DNA of 64,000 nt from Octopus sinensis (lineage: Eukaryota), in the NCBI RefSeq assembly GCF_006345805.1, contig NC_043020.1, forward strand, positions 22,072,001-22,136,000, written 5' to 3'. Positions 50,848 to 64,000 of the stretch are shown here, piece by piece; the first letter of the stretch is position 1, and every line of letters starts with the position of its first letter. Both the position numbers and the translations under genes were made by a program. The notes under the pieces were generated by a model. The model had not been told where the DNA came from. It worked only from the letters and a program-made list of their open reading frames with translations, and ran no database searches.

Positions 50848-51094
50848 ACTCCGTCGGTCACGAATGACTATTGGTGCATGCACCTAAGAGGTTCCCCTCC
50901 GGGGTGCAAGTCTGGGTGGAAAGTCGGCTCACCGGCGAACGCACAACTTAAGATTGTTTTTCTACAGATGAGTGAACTGGAGCAAATGGAAATATAGTGT
51001 CTTGCTCAAGAAGACAACACGTAGCCCGGTCCTGGAATCGAACTGACAACCTCACGATCGTAAGCTCGACGCTCTAACGGAGCCATGCGCCTTC
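50848..51094 (-). mobile_element. SINE type 5
   Basis: Reverse complement of the 24589 family head. Confidence 0.75.
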
Positions 51095-53049
51095 ATGGTA
51101 ATAATTACTATAAATGCTAGTACCAGTGCTCAATTGGTACTTATTTTATCGACCCCGAAAGGATGAAAGGCGTAAGTTATTTACACGGAATTTGAACTCC
51201 AAATTTAAGTACAAGGGCAGGAATTTCGCGAGTGGGAGCTAAATCGAATTCATCGACTCCAGGGTAAAGTTTTACTGACCCCAATGCTTAACTGATATTT
51301 ATTTTACAGCCAAGACGAAATGTCGCGAAGCATTTTGTCCGGCGTGCTAACGATTCTGTCGCCGCCTTATCAAAATATTCTAAAACGTCTCACCGCAAGA
51401 ATCAAGACAAGATGTATGGGAAATCCTTCGGTATTGTTAGACAACATCACAGCCTTCCCTCGTAACATAGATAAAGAGGGTGAATGAATTCATCTCCTCA
51501 TACCGACACCCTGGATATCAATACCGAAAGATTGCCGATGTGTGAACTGGCGAGACGTCGCTCATCCTTCGGTCCTTATTTTCGTCATCCTCCTAATTAT
51601 CTCCCTATTTAGGAACAGTTGTCACAAAGATAAAAGCTGGGAGTAAAGAAAAAAACAAGTTTCCTGTTACAACACATGATTACATTGGTGGAGTTTCGGA
51701 ATAGACGCACCCCACCCCCTATTTCACGTAGAAGGAAAAGGTCAGGGTGAGAGGTGGTGGGGGAGTCGCCTTCTTTGCAACACGAGTTTGTCGTTCTTCG
51801 ACATTCTACATAACATTGTGTCATTCCAACTCACCAATGTGAAATGAAAAATCTTAACCTATTGAATCAAGACAAAATAAATACGAGATCACTGTTCAAT
51901 GATGCTTTTCGTGTACAAATCGTGATGTCTCTATTTTCTGAAGGGGGTTCTATTTCCAATAAATAACACAACAGTGATTTCGTTACTTGTTGGGATATTT
52001 GTATCGCCTGATATCCTGGCCTCGTTTAAAGTGCATATCGATGGGGAAACTGTGTCGTGTCTGAGTGTAGATGTCGAACGTTTTTTTAAAATGTATAAGT
52101 TCAGCTTGTCTGATGTGAAAATCATAATTTCTTGAGAGGCGTCAAATAAAATTGAAAATGGATTTCTTTGGCAAAAAGTAGCAAGTGTTTCTATAGAAAA
52201 TGAAACTAAGAGATCGAATGTTCGTTTTCCTAGTAAAGAGAATTGAAATGGAAGGAAAGCATTGAATAATGACATTTAAGTAGTTTACGGTGAAAGCATA
52301 AAGAATTGTTGTGGAATTAGGAAACAGACAAACGAGACCTTGGTAGATATTAGTAGTCAATAACCACAATTGAATTTATGTGGCAGGCATGCCTCTCCTA
52401 ACGATTGACCTGAACAAGTTACAGAAAAAATTGAATCCTTTTATTCCGATTCAAAAGAGATGAAAAGCAAAAAAATCAATCTTGGTGGTGTCGAACATTA
52501 GGCCATTCTGGGGGCAGATCAGTCTTCTGCTGTAACTCCTTGACATTCTTTATAAGAATATTATAAGTGATCCAGATACTTGGTTTCAGTGATCGCAAAA
52601 ATATAAAAATGAAGTGAAGACGTTGCCGTGTGGTAGTCTGTTGGACACCCAGTCGTAAGATAGTGGGGTCGATTCTCCAACTTGGCGACATATTTTGTCC
52701 TTTGGTAAAGCACTTCATTTCATATTGCTGTCCACTTGGCTGAAAATGGTCTGTTCTGATGGAGAATTGCGCCTCGTAGACGATTGGTCCTGAATCTTGC
52801 AAACGGAATATGTTAATGACCCTTGATGTCTACATTACACTAGATCATGATGATGATGATGATGATGGTGGTTGTGGTGTTGATAGGAATGGAAGTCAAT
52901 TTGCTACGGCAGAAGTTGAACTTGGAATATAAAGAAAGGAATGAACGATGTGGCCGTTCGGTTTAGAATTTACTCTGTGTGTGTGTGTAAATGTGCATAT
53001 ACATACAAGTATACAGACACTTACATAGACACACACAAATAGTTGGGAA

Positions 53050-53259
53050 CGTGACCCGACTTTTCATCCGATGTCACTTTGTCCACGTCTTTTGGTCTGA
53101 CGACTTTTTTGTCCAACGACTTATTATCCGATGTTAAATAAACTGTTCAGAAAACAAGATGAACATCAAAATCAAATAATCACTGATAATTTTATTGATA
53201 AGATTTGTCGTTAGACAAAAAGATATCGGACAAAAGACGTGGACGAAAAGACAGCACCG
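53050..53259. mobile_element. MITE with ~55-bp imperfect inverted arms and an 8-bp TSD (possibly MULE- or hAT-type)
   Basis: GTTGGGAA at 53042-53049 and 53260-53267; GTCCACGTCTTTTG / CAAAAGACGTGGAC arms. Confidence 0.65.
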
Positions 53260-54696
53260 GTTGGGAAGTTCTACTTCGCAGTCATTTGGTCTTGTATTCT
53301 ACTCCACTGTACGACTTCTTTAGCAAATGTTTCTTGTCATAGCCCTTGGATGACCGAATGTTTTGTCTCATTGAAACTGTGAGGTGTGGGGGAGACGAAA
53401 TGTCTGTCGGGTGGGCTGTACCTGGGTAGTGGACTACATTCTTTATGGCTTAACTTTATTATCAGCATATGGTCAGACAGTCATCTTTCTTATTTAGGGA
53501 CAAGGCCAGAAGTTTAGGTAGCGGAGTAAGTTGATTACATCGACTCAGTATATGACTGGTATTTATTTTATCGACCCTGGAGAGATAAAAGCCAAAGTTG
53601 ATCCTGATTGGATTTGAACGCAGAACGTAAAGAGCCGGAACAACTTCCATAAGGCATTTTTGCGAAGCTCGGATAATTCTGCCACTTGAACACTTTTGAC
53701 CCAGTAATAATTTTTTTTTGTTTCTTTAGAAAAAAAATAATGATCGGCACTTTATAACGGTATGTGAGTCGAAAAATATATGCACTGATAGGTAGATAGA
53801 TAGATAGATACTAAGAGAATTAGTTTTGGCTTGATTAGGTTAAATGAGATGGACTTCAGTCAGACTTGAGTGTGGAAACAATAGAATCAGCAATTTAGTG
53901 TTACACAGATACATAGGTATGTGTGTGTGTGTCGTTCCTTGCTCGTGTGTGTGTGTGTATGTATATATATATATATTTAGATAGATAGAGAAAAAGAGAT
54001 GGAAACAAAATACGAGGTTACAGGTGAATAGAAGTGTGTGTTTGTGTCTGTCTAGCCGCTTATCACTTTCTTTAATTAACTTACCATTTTTTCCATTGAA
54101 TCTAAAGAGATATCTTTCAATGGTTTGGGTCATTGTTCAATTGATATATTTTTTTACAATTTTATTAGCAAGTCAGAGTATGTGATAGTTATTTGGTAAA
54201 TCATCAAATACACATTTAAAATGATTGGACAAGGAATGGGACTCTATAAAATTATTGGAATCTCTTGTATAATGCGATTGACTGTTGATGGAAAAGCAAA
54301 AACAAAACAATGTAAACTTTGAAAACGAGTAAAATTTGAATAAAACTGAACAACAGATCGCTTGAGACAGGTTTTCAAACGTTCGCCTGTCTGAAGAGCA
54401 GCTTCATGAAACTTGAAGTAAAAGTTTGGGTAGTTTTTAAGCTTCAATAAAATATACGTATAACTAGATACGTCCATCCAGTCATCTGTGTGTGTGTGTA
54501 AATGTGAAAATATGAAGACGGCTTTACCAGAAATAACAGTGAAGTTATTCTAGAATCACACACTGCTGCCTTGAAAACGGCGGTTTGACGACGTCTTAAA
54601 AACGGAATGGTCACGACTGAAACGGCCTTCATCAATAAATTGCAAGAACTATTTATTGAAAGTTCAAAAAGAAACACGAAAATTTCTTTATACATG

Positions 54697-54697
<1 letters not shown>

Positions 54698-54788
<91 letters not shown>
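54698..54788. repeat. (TATC)n(TGTC)n compound microsatellite
   Basis: Directly visible. Confidence 0.95.
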
Positions 54789-54789
<1 letters not shown>

Positions 54790-55061
54790 CATGCATCCAT
54801 TAAAACATGTAACATGTTATGTAATTAGTCAGCAGGGGACGTAACTCTATTGACACGTGTCATCAATTATGTGTGTCTGTCTCTTCGTCCCCTAATTTGT
54901 CTTTTCCAATCTTCTACAGCCAACACGTTATCCCCTATTACACTATAGCAAAACTGGCAAAGGTGTCAGAACATCGCACGGAAGACCTCAGTGTATTATT
55001 CATTCTTGTCTCTACGGCCTGTGTTGGGATCTTATCGAGATCGGCAGTGCTGGATCTTTTT

Positions 55062-55690
55062 GGATCTCTTCCTTTTGAACGGCAGTTTTCAACGCAATTT
55101 CTAGTTAACTAAAAACTTTTAAACTTCGTATACTGGTAGAATGTGTCGAAATAAAACATTTTTTCTCTTGGCTTTCTTGAGAAAATTGTAATTTGTAAGT
55201 TTAACGTAGTTTAATTTTTCGAATTTTTAACCAATCATATGCCCTCTATTGAGCTAGAATCATTTGCTGCGTCTAAAACTGAGACAACATCCTGTCACTA
55301 ACCCTAAAATTTAGCCTTTCGTTTTTTTTTTCTTAATTGTTAAATTAAAATTATTTTCCATTGCTTTCATTTTTTTCCTCTTAATTGTTATCTTTAAATT
55401 GATTTAACAATTAAGAAAAAAAAAACGAAAGGCTAAATTTTAGGGTTAGGGTTAGTGACAGGATGTTGTCTCAGTTTTAGACGCAGCAAATGATTTTAGC
55501 TCAATAGAGGGCATAGGATTGGTTAAAATTCGAAAAATTAAACTACGTTAAGCAAACAAATTACAATTTTCTCAAGAAAGCCAAGAGAAAAAATGTTTTA
55601 TTTCGACACATTCTACCAGTATACGAAGTTTAAAAGTGTTTAGTTAACTAGAAATTGCGTTGAAAAGTGCCGTTCAAAAGGAAGAGATCC
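55062..55690. mobile_element. GGATC-tip fold-back element, copy 2 (near-perfect 629-bp palindrome)
   Basis: Arms 55062-55345 and 55402-55690 are near-identical reverse complements. The ORF track shows mirror peptides GSLPFERxFSTQFLVN on both strands. Confidence 0.92.
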
Positions 55691-56145
55691 GTTGATTGTT
55701 CGAGACAGAACAGGGAATCCACCGCCGCCTTCACCTCCACCATTTGTTTTACCCTTGAACCTTTGCTTATGATAATGTTCTCTAAACAATATCAATAACA
55801 ACAGCCATAGAACTATTAATAACCAAAGCAGCATTAGCTGTGGGATCGTTTCATAATCGAAAGGTCATTCCCGTTTATTGTGTTGCTGTGTCAAAGTCTC
55901 TCACTTCCCCCCCCCCTCTCTCTCTGTACAGTTATTTGTTTATTTAATACCTCCGCCGTTCACATATCATCACGTCGTCGTCGTCGTCGCTCCCATTAAA
56001 GACATGTGATCGACGAATTATCCAGCGAGTCTTTACGTCATTGATGTTCCATCTCTTTTCTCCCACATCCTAGTTTAGCTTGAAAAATACAAGAACCAAA
56101 AGTAAAAACGACAAAAGTGCACCCTGCCATCAACAAAAATTGGTA

Positions 56146-56398
56146 CTACTTGAGAACAGTGGTCCCGGTGTGCGCACTCGTGTAGACGCGCATCCGCGCT
56201 AGCTAGTCGTGACTAATCGATCCTACAACTACCTAGCAAAGTAAATAAAACACAAAATTAATAATTTTTTAGACAAAGTAAATAATTTTTGTTAAACTAA
56301 GTAAATAAAACACAAAGTAAGGATCGACTAGTCATGACTAGCTAGCGCGGATGTGCGACTACGCGAGTGCGCGCTGCGGGACCACTGTTCTCAAGTAG
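56146..56398. mobile_element. CpG-rich MITE with ~80-bp TIRs, TA-flanked
   Basis: TA|CTACTTGAGAACAGTGGTCCCG ... CGGGACCACTGTTCTCAAGTAG|TA. Confidence 0.85.
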
Positions 56399-57738
56399 TA
56401 TCCAAAAATTAGTGTGTGTGTGTGTTTCTGTATCGCACCACCACCACTCGACAGCCGATGTTTATGTGTTTACGTCCCCGTTCCTTAGCTGTTCCGCAAT
56501 GAGATTCCGATAGAATAAGTACCAGGCTTATAAAAAAAAAAAAAAAAACTAGTGGGGTCGATTCATTCGACTAAAAATCCTTCGAGGTGCCCCAGCATGA
56601 CCTTAGATTTTGGCTGAAACCGGTGATAGAATAATATAATATACACACTCACACATAAGTATATACATATTCGCAACTAATATTTAGAACTCCTTGTGTA
56701 TTTCCGTCGCGTATTGTTATTGTCTCATTTGTTACTAAATCCGGGTTTTGGTGTTAGAGAAAACAAAAGAAAAAGTAAGACAACTGTTTGGAAGATTTTT
56801 AGTTACACAATCGTTCATACGTTTCTTTTACATAATGTCGTTCGTTAGTCACTGAATGCGGTAAAATTTGGTAAAAAAAAAAAACACCCGTCTCGATTTC
56901 AGTGGGAAATAATTTTTCTTGTTTCTTTTTCCGTGTGCTATTAACTAGTCGGACGCCAGGTTAGTTTATCTAACACGAAACCCTACCTCCAAAAGAACTG
57001 TTGATAATACACGAAAAAAATTGTTTCCCACCAAACGCGAAAGGATGTAAATCTGCGAAACTACCATGGTCTTTCCTTCTTTTTTTTCTGCAAAGTTGAT
57101 CATTTCTCACTGGTTTGGAGATCCATATTCATTTATAATACACCAACAAGAAACTCTGGGGTAAGACAGGATGACGAAGTCCGAGTTTTCCTCTATCTCC
57201 ATCCCTCATGTTTTCCCGGAAAAAATCCTCTGCGGTATTTTCTTATTGAAACCAATAAGTTTGACCCAGAATGCATATTACATAAAAACTTTTGTGAAGA
57301 TGGTTATGTTGCAAGGTTTATTCAATTAACTAGGTCATCCCCCGAAGAAACACTGCTCTGCATGGTTACTTTACCTCTTACCTAGAAATAGCTGCCAAAA
57401 TTATCTACAAAACACGCCTTTATATACTTGTATATGTAGTTGGAATTTACAAAAAAAAACAACAAAAAAAAAACCAAAAGATGAAGACAGGTGTGTAAAC
57501 AACAAACAGGTGTATTAGTTCATGAGAAAATAAACAGAGAGAGAGAATAAAAAGAGAGAGAATTAAAAAAACTTTAGTGGCTAGCGGTCAATCATATATT
57601 AAAGGGTTTATTTCACTTGTGATCTAAACTAATAGGTATGCTGAGTAAGTGCTATAATTGGTCATCTGTTAGGTTCCAATTTCATGGCTGGAGCTACGGA
57701 TCTGTATAAGGCTTCTCTGTTAGCAAGTATATATTATA

Positions 57739-58933
57739 TTAGAGGAGAAAGGACAACAAAAATCAAAACGGGATGAGTATCTCAAGTCATTTAGAATGAT
57801 TTAATTAGAGTAAGGTGAATTCAAAGTCTTACAGCTGTTTCTGGGATATCCCAAGTGATAGGCCAGCATGTCTGTACACTGGGTATTCCATCATCAGAGA
57901 CAAGATGAATATGTATGGAAGTTTTAGACAGGGAAATTCACAGTTTGTAAGGAATAAAATAGAAGAATAAAGAGTAAAAGTTGATAGAAGGACACAGACA
58001 GAAGAATAAAGAACTTTATTCTCCAAGCTCAGTTCCTGTAACTTAAGTAGTGTTCTTTGTGCAACATGTGGTCAAGCATTGTCTTGCAAGAGAATTGGCC
58101 TGTATCTATTGATCAATCTTGGTTATTGAATTGCAAGTTCACTCATCATTTCATCTGACTGGTTGATGTATACATCTGCTGTAATAGACTTACCAGGCCT
58201 CATGAAGCTGTAGTGGATGACACCAGTACTGGACCACCAAACAGACACCATTAGCTTCTTTTGGTGAATATTCTTTTTTGGATTGTGTTTGGGCACTTCA
58301 TCTCTATCCAACTGTGCAGAAAGCTTGTTATTGTTGAAAAGAATCCATTTTTCATCACACTTGACAATACAATGCAAAACTGGTTCGCTTTTATACCGTG
58401 ACAGCAAAGTTTCAAGATGACGTGTCATTTGATGTTCATTTAGTTTGTGTGGTACCCACTTGTCCAGCTTTTCTTTACCTTGCTAACTCCCACATAGTTT
58501 GAGATGTATCCGTTTCCACTACAGTTTCCAGCTCATCATAATCCACCTTCATCTCCGGTTATCACAAGGCTGATTTTCAAGAGTAAAACTGTCAACGTAC
58601 AGTGTGTTCATTTACCACATCTTCACCTCATTGACATTTCAAGCTGTCTGGGATGCATTGGTTCCACAACAAAACTCATATTCATAAACAACACAAATTT
58701 TTTATCTATCCATGGGTTCGCAAAAATTGGTTTGCAAGAGAAAACTCACTATATAATTAATCAGACACCATGAATTGTATTTCGAAAAGAATTGTCAGGA
58801 TAAAACATTAGAGTTAACGACTGTCAAACTTGGTGCATAAGAAAAATTGGACATTTCATTCTTAATGACCTGATATTCTACATGACTTGAGATACTCATC
58901 CTGCCTTGGTTTTTATTATCCTTTTTCCTCCAA
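57739..58933 (-). mobile_element. Near full-length defective mariner (~1.2 kb)
   Basis: ORF 58123-58428 has CIVKCDEKWILFNN...HQKKLMVSVWWSSTGVIHYSFMRPG (mariner DDD domain). The N-terminus has stops. ~60-70-bp imperfect TIRs (GGATGAGTATCTCAAGTCAT / ATGACTTGAGATACTCATCC), flanked by TA. Confidence 0.9.
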
Positions 58934-59780
58934 TATAATAATATATATATCATCATCATCATCATTGATGAACATCAGTTTTCCATGCTGGTGTGTGTTG
59001 ACTGAGGTCTGAAGAGCCAGTGGCTACACCAGGCTCCAATCTGATCTGGTAAAGTTTCTACAGCTGGATGCCCTTCCTAATGCCAACAACTCTGAGAGTG
59101 TAGTGGGTGCTTAGTCAGACAGGCCTGGCAACAATCACTTACATACATACATACATACATATATTATATTTTAAAAAAGCTGTACATATTGGATAATGTT
59201 TACTGAAATAAATTATATTTGAATAAAAAATGAGATGGTCACATCTGGAAAGTCTCTGATCATAAGTTTGCTTGGTTAGGATCAATTTGAGTTCAAATAT
59301 CAATCCCAATATGTAATAATTGTTTCTAATTTTGGCACAAGGCCAGCAACTTTTAGATGGATAGGGCAAATTGATTACATGTACCCCAGTATATGACTGG
59401 TATTAATTTTTATTGACCTTGAAAAGATTGAAAGGCAAGACTGAATCTTGTGGAATTTGAACTTGGAACATAAAGGCAGAAGAAGTTCTGTTAAGTATTT
59501 CTTCTGAAATTCTAATGATTCCATCAGCTCATTGCTCTAAGAATAACATACATGCATGCAAGTATGCACACGCTGGTTTCCTGATATATCATTATCATCA
59601 TCATTTAATGTCCATTGTCCATGCTGGCATGAGTTAGACAGTTTGACCAGGGCTGGTAAGTCAGAGAGCTGCACCAGACTCCAGTCAGATTTGGCATGGT
59701 TTCTACAGCTGGATGCCCTTCCTAACACCAACCACGTTACAGAGTGTGCTGGATGCTTTTACATGGCACTGAGCTGTGGC

Positions 59781-59954
59781 CATGCCAAGGTACCATCTTG
59801 ATGGCGATGCCAGGGTGCCACCTTGATGGTCATGCCGGGGTACCATCTTGATGGCCATGCCAAGGTACTACCTTGATGGCCATGCCAGGGTGCCACCTTG
59901 ATGGTCATGCCGGGGTACCATCTTGATGGCCATGCCAATGTACTACCTTGATGG
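59781..59954. repeat. 25-bp minisatellite, 7 units
   Basis: Units CATGCCARGGTRCYAYCTTGATGGY starting at 59781, 59806, 59831, 59856, 59881, 59906 and 59931. Confidence 0.92.
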
Positions 59955-59999
59955 GTTCTGATTGAATGAATTAACCCCAGTACTTATGCTTTTTATTTA

Positions 60000-60296
60000 A
60001 TTGCTCTCTTTTGATGAACCCCTAAGTGTCAGGGATGTAAATAAACCAGCACCAATTGTCAAGCAGTGGTGGGAAACAAACAGAAAGACCCACATGCATA
60101 CATACACATCTATATTTCTACACCCACACACACATATATACAGATGTTCTTTCAGTTTCCATCTACAAAATCTACTCACAAGGCTTTAGTTGGCCCGAGG
60201 CTATAGTAGAAGACACTTGCCCAAGGTGTCATGGAGTGGGACTGAACCTGGAACCATGTGGTTGAGAAGCAAGTTTCTTACCACATTACCACACCT
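60000..60296 (-). mobile_element. SINE type 2
   Basis: Reverse complement of the 17325 family. Confidence 0.8.
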
Positions 60297-60783
60297 CTGT
60301 GTATAAAGAGAAAGAGAGAAGGAGATAGAACCTTTTAATATTCTCAATAGTCTCTCAAATATGTCATTTGAAAAAAAAAGAAAAATTAGTGTTTTATCAA
60401 CGAATATGGATGTCCAAGCCAGTGGGAAATGACTAGCTTTGTAGAAAGAGGAGGAGAAGACCATTGAAGTTTCACTGATTTACACCCTTTCATGTTTGGT
60501 GGGAAATAAGTTTTTGCCACAGTTTATTCATGTATCATCAGCGATCCTTTTTTGGGGTTTTGTATGCTATCAACTAATCTGAATTCCAATCTGACCCCAT
60601 TTTTCATCATGAGATTTTTTGTGGCCCCAGGTATTAAATATGCGTTTGTGAAATACCATATAAACTGAAATTCAAAGTGTTTGAATTTAATTTTTGTGAC
60701 CCCAAATAGGGCCACGACCCATTGTTTAAGAAGCACTGCTTTAGAGTATGCTTCTTTTTCAGATATATGAACTACTGATAAAT

Positions 60784-60834
<51 letters not shown>

Positions 60835-61525
60835 ATGTATGTATAATTAGCCATAGTGTCCCTATCCCCTTGTTTGTCTTTTCTTCTGATATGGTACTTT
60901 CACTGTTTCTGTATTTCAGGGAACCACTCAGATCCAAAGTGTTCCCCACTTTGTGACACATTGTATTTATTCCTTCCCCATTCCCAACCCCCTTTTTAAA
61001 AAAAAAACACTCTCAAGATTTAGCTGTTGTTTTTAGCAAGTGGTGCAACCCTTTAGAACCCTCCCCCTTTACACACTTGCCCTGAGTTCCTTTCATTCCT
61101 AAAGGAATCAGAGGAACCCACTACCACCACCATCACTGGTAATACTACTGGTACTTGTAGCTCAGCTGACTGATTTCAGTAACTTTTAAGTAGAGAGGGG
61201 AAGGGGGTATGTGTATCTGTGTCACATGTTTGTCATGTGATGTTTTCACATCACTAAGGAAGTAAGTCAGTTATTCCTGACCTCTCCATTGTCATGTGGT
61301 CTAACACACACACACACATACACATTTGTGAGTCATGAACGTGATGTTACTTAGTATATTAGTAGAAGACTGAGTTTGGAGAAGTCATTTTGCCAGGAGG
61401 TCATCCTTATGGGATTGTCTCTGTGTGGGAGTTAAACAGATAAATTTAAAAGGCTTTCCCTTCCCCTCCCCCTCTTTACTCTCCCACACACACACACATT
61501 AATGTTTAGTTCTAATACAAACAAT

Positions 61526-62670
61526 GTATCTTTTCCTTTTGATGGACGGAATTTTCTAGTTAACTAAACAATTTGAAACTTCGTATACTGGTAGAATGTG
61601 TCAAAAGAAAACATTATTGTAAACAAAATTGAAAACAAAATCGTAATTTGTAAGTTTAACGTAGTTTAATTCTTCGAATTTTAACCAATGAAATGCCAGC
61701 ATTTGAACTCAAATCATTTGCTGCATCTAAAAACTCAGACAATATCCTGTTGCAACGTAAACAGCACACACACACACACACACGTGTTATTCATCCTTGT
61801 CTCTTCTGTCTGTCTCGCTCATCGATATTGATAAACAAAGGCGGAAGGAGGAGGCATGTGCTAGAAATAACAGCTATATCTCTTAAATCGATGAATTTCA
61901 TCACCCAATAAAAATATTAACGATATTTTTTGAATATTTTCTTTATTTTTTTTTACTGAAAAGGCTTCTCCCATGGTTTTGAAGGGCCAGAAACAACAAA
62001 AACAAAACAATAATATGCCTAAATCGGTCTAGAGGGTGCGCGTGGAGTGTGGGTCGTATTGTAAAAATTTGCGAAATATTTTTTCATAAAAGGATGCCCC
62101 AGCTTGTCAGAGGCTGTGATATAAATTGGGAAAAAAATCCTCGACACCAGTGCGTAATTGGTACTTAATTTATCGACCCTGAAACGATGAACTGGTTTAT
62201 TTACCTTTTGGACAAGCATGAGATACAAAAGTATTAAGTCGATTCTATCGACACCAGTGCGAACTCACGAACATGTATGTATGCTTGTGTGTGTATGTAT
62301 ATCTCCGTTTGTATGTGTGTGTACGCTTATATATTAATTACTATGTGCTTGTGCAAATGTATATGCATGTGTTTGAGAGAGTGACAGAGAGTGTATGTGC
62401 AAGTGTACGTGTGTATGTATCTGAATATATATGTGTGTGTGTGTGTGTGTATGCGGTGTGCGTCTGCTATGTTTGTTTATCAATATCTATAACGCAGCAA
62501 ATGATTTGAGCTCAAATGCTGGCATTTCATTGGTTAAAATTCGAAGAATTAAACTACGTTAAACTTACAAATTACAATTTTGTTTACAATTTTGACACAT
62601 TCTACCAGTATACGAAGTTTCAAATTGTTTAGTTAACTAGAAAATTCTGTCCATCATAAAGAAACGATCC
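61526..62670. mobile_element. GGATC-tip fold-back element, copy 3, carrying the same cargo as copy 1
   Basis: Terminal arms are inverted repeats. The interior 61810-62460 aligns with about 2030-2750. Confidence 0.88.
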
Positions 62671-63227
62671 CAAACAATTTTACATTAATCTGATGGGTTA
62701 CTCCATACTTTTGGACAGATCTATCATTCTTAAACGGGAATGTTGTAGACAGTGATTTCGAAATATGGGACTGCAATACTTTAGAGCTAGTCTTGCCTTT
62801 ATATAGGCTCTGTTTAGTTGGTAATTAGCTTTGTGGCAGAGGTGGGGGTATATGGAGAGATGTTTCTGAGAAATTTTTATCAATTAAATTTGTAGTTATG
62901 TTATTGTTTAGAATGTATTGATGTCTGTAGAACTTTGTAAACAAGCCAGTAGGTGTTTCCCTTTTGTTAGGCAGGCACAAGGTGTGACAATATTTTCTTT
63001 GTTTGGATTTAACCTTTTTGTTTTGACAATGTAAATGTCAAAGGTACAAAGTCCAATGTTTAAACCTTTGGGTGTGTCAGTGGTAAGTGGTAAGACTGGT
63101 CATTTCTCTATTTATTGTAGTGGTTGTTTAGGTTATTTTCTTGTTTCCATTTGTAAGGTACTAGTTATAAGGTGGAGGCATGTCATGGCTTTGTCAGTAG
63201 AGGAAATTGCTCCATTCTCTACTCTTT

Positions 63228-63535
63228 TATTCTTTTACTTGTTTCAGTCATATGACTGTGGCTGTGGAGCACCACTTTTAGTTGAACAAATCGACCCCAG
63301 GACTTATTCTTATTCTATCAGTCTCTTTTGCAGACTGCTAAGTTACAGGGATGTAAACACACCAACATCGGTTTTCAAGCAATGGGCTTCTTTCAGTTTC
63401 CATCTACCAAATCCACTTACAAGGCTTTAGTTAGCGCGAGACTATAGTAGAAGACACTTGCCCAAAGTGCCATGCAGTGGAACTGAACCTGGAACCATGT
63501 GGTTGGGAAGCAAGCTTCTTACCACACAGCCACTC
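63228..63535 (-). mobile_element. SINE type 2
   Basis: Reverse complement of the 17325 family. Confidence 0.8.
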
Positions 63536-64000
63536 CTAATAATAACAATAATAACAATAACAATAATAACGATAATAATAACTGTTTCCAATTTTGGCAC
63601 CAAGCCAATTATTTTGGGGAGGCTACAAGCTGATTGCATCAATCCCTGTACTTGATTGGTATTTTATTTTATCTAACAATAATGATACTGATAATAATAA
63701 TCCTTTTTGCTGTAGGCTATATATATCAAACCCTTCCCATAAAACTATCATTTATTTTATTGACCCCAAAAGGCTGAAAGGCAAAATCGACCTTCAAACT
63801 CCCAGTCAAATGTTTATGAATTCAATTGCCCAATCTCTTTCAATTGTAGCTTTATTCACAAAAAGGTCCTTCTACAACCAATATCCTCTGTGTAGGGAGT
63901 CCACTATGTCATGGCTGATGGTGCACAGATGTGCAGCAAGGCTGCAGAATTTGTGAGGAATGTTATCAGGTGCTCACAGATCTTTACCAGTTGTGCACTG

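Noticed and set aside
55761-55780. TATGATAAT as MFSD1 exon 2
   Set aside because: Does not encode SYFCYDNP and has no suitable acceptor.
59781-59954. CRISPR array
   Set aside because: Contiguous repeats with no unique spacers, no cas genes and a eukaryotic context.

Overview
Repeat-dense eukaryotic genomic DNA, most likely from an octopus (inferred from the SINE families and (GAT)n/(ATT)n-tailed repeats, not provable from the window). Plus strand, 6,129-31,536: seven consecutive coding exons of glutaryl-CoA dehydrogenase (GCDH). They total 955 bp, splice in frame and have canonical GT-AG boundaries. The N-terminal exons lie upstream; the window begins on a possible donor site. The last exons, with the catalytic TYEG region, were not found. 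A 100-N scaffold gap at 32,436-32,535 follows the last recognisable exon. After the gap come about 5.5 kb of a G/T-skewed ~828-bp tandem repeat and a 1.1-kb (TA/CA)n tract. Plus strand, 49,699-49,870: the first coding exon of MFSD1, with an acidic dileucine lysosomal motif; the rest of the window appears to be its first intron. The remainder is transposon material: two mariner relics, a maT/DD37D-like relic, Tc1-, hAT- and piggyBac-type MITEs, a Helitron-like (HINE) element, RTE and R2/HERO-like LINE fragments, a solo LTR, at least five SINE types, Penelope-like fragments with hammerhead ribozyme cores, and three copies of a long-TIR fold-back family with GGATC tips. Best leads: Ser-for-Gly AGY codons in GCDH that A-to-I editing would restore, intronic minimal hammerheads, a cargo-carrying fold-back family, a perfect 45-bp hairpin and the skewed satellite at the contig break. 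All coordinates were counted by hand and repeat edges are approximate.
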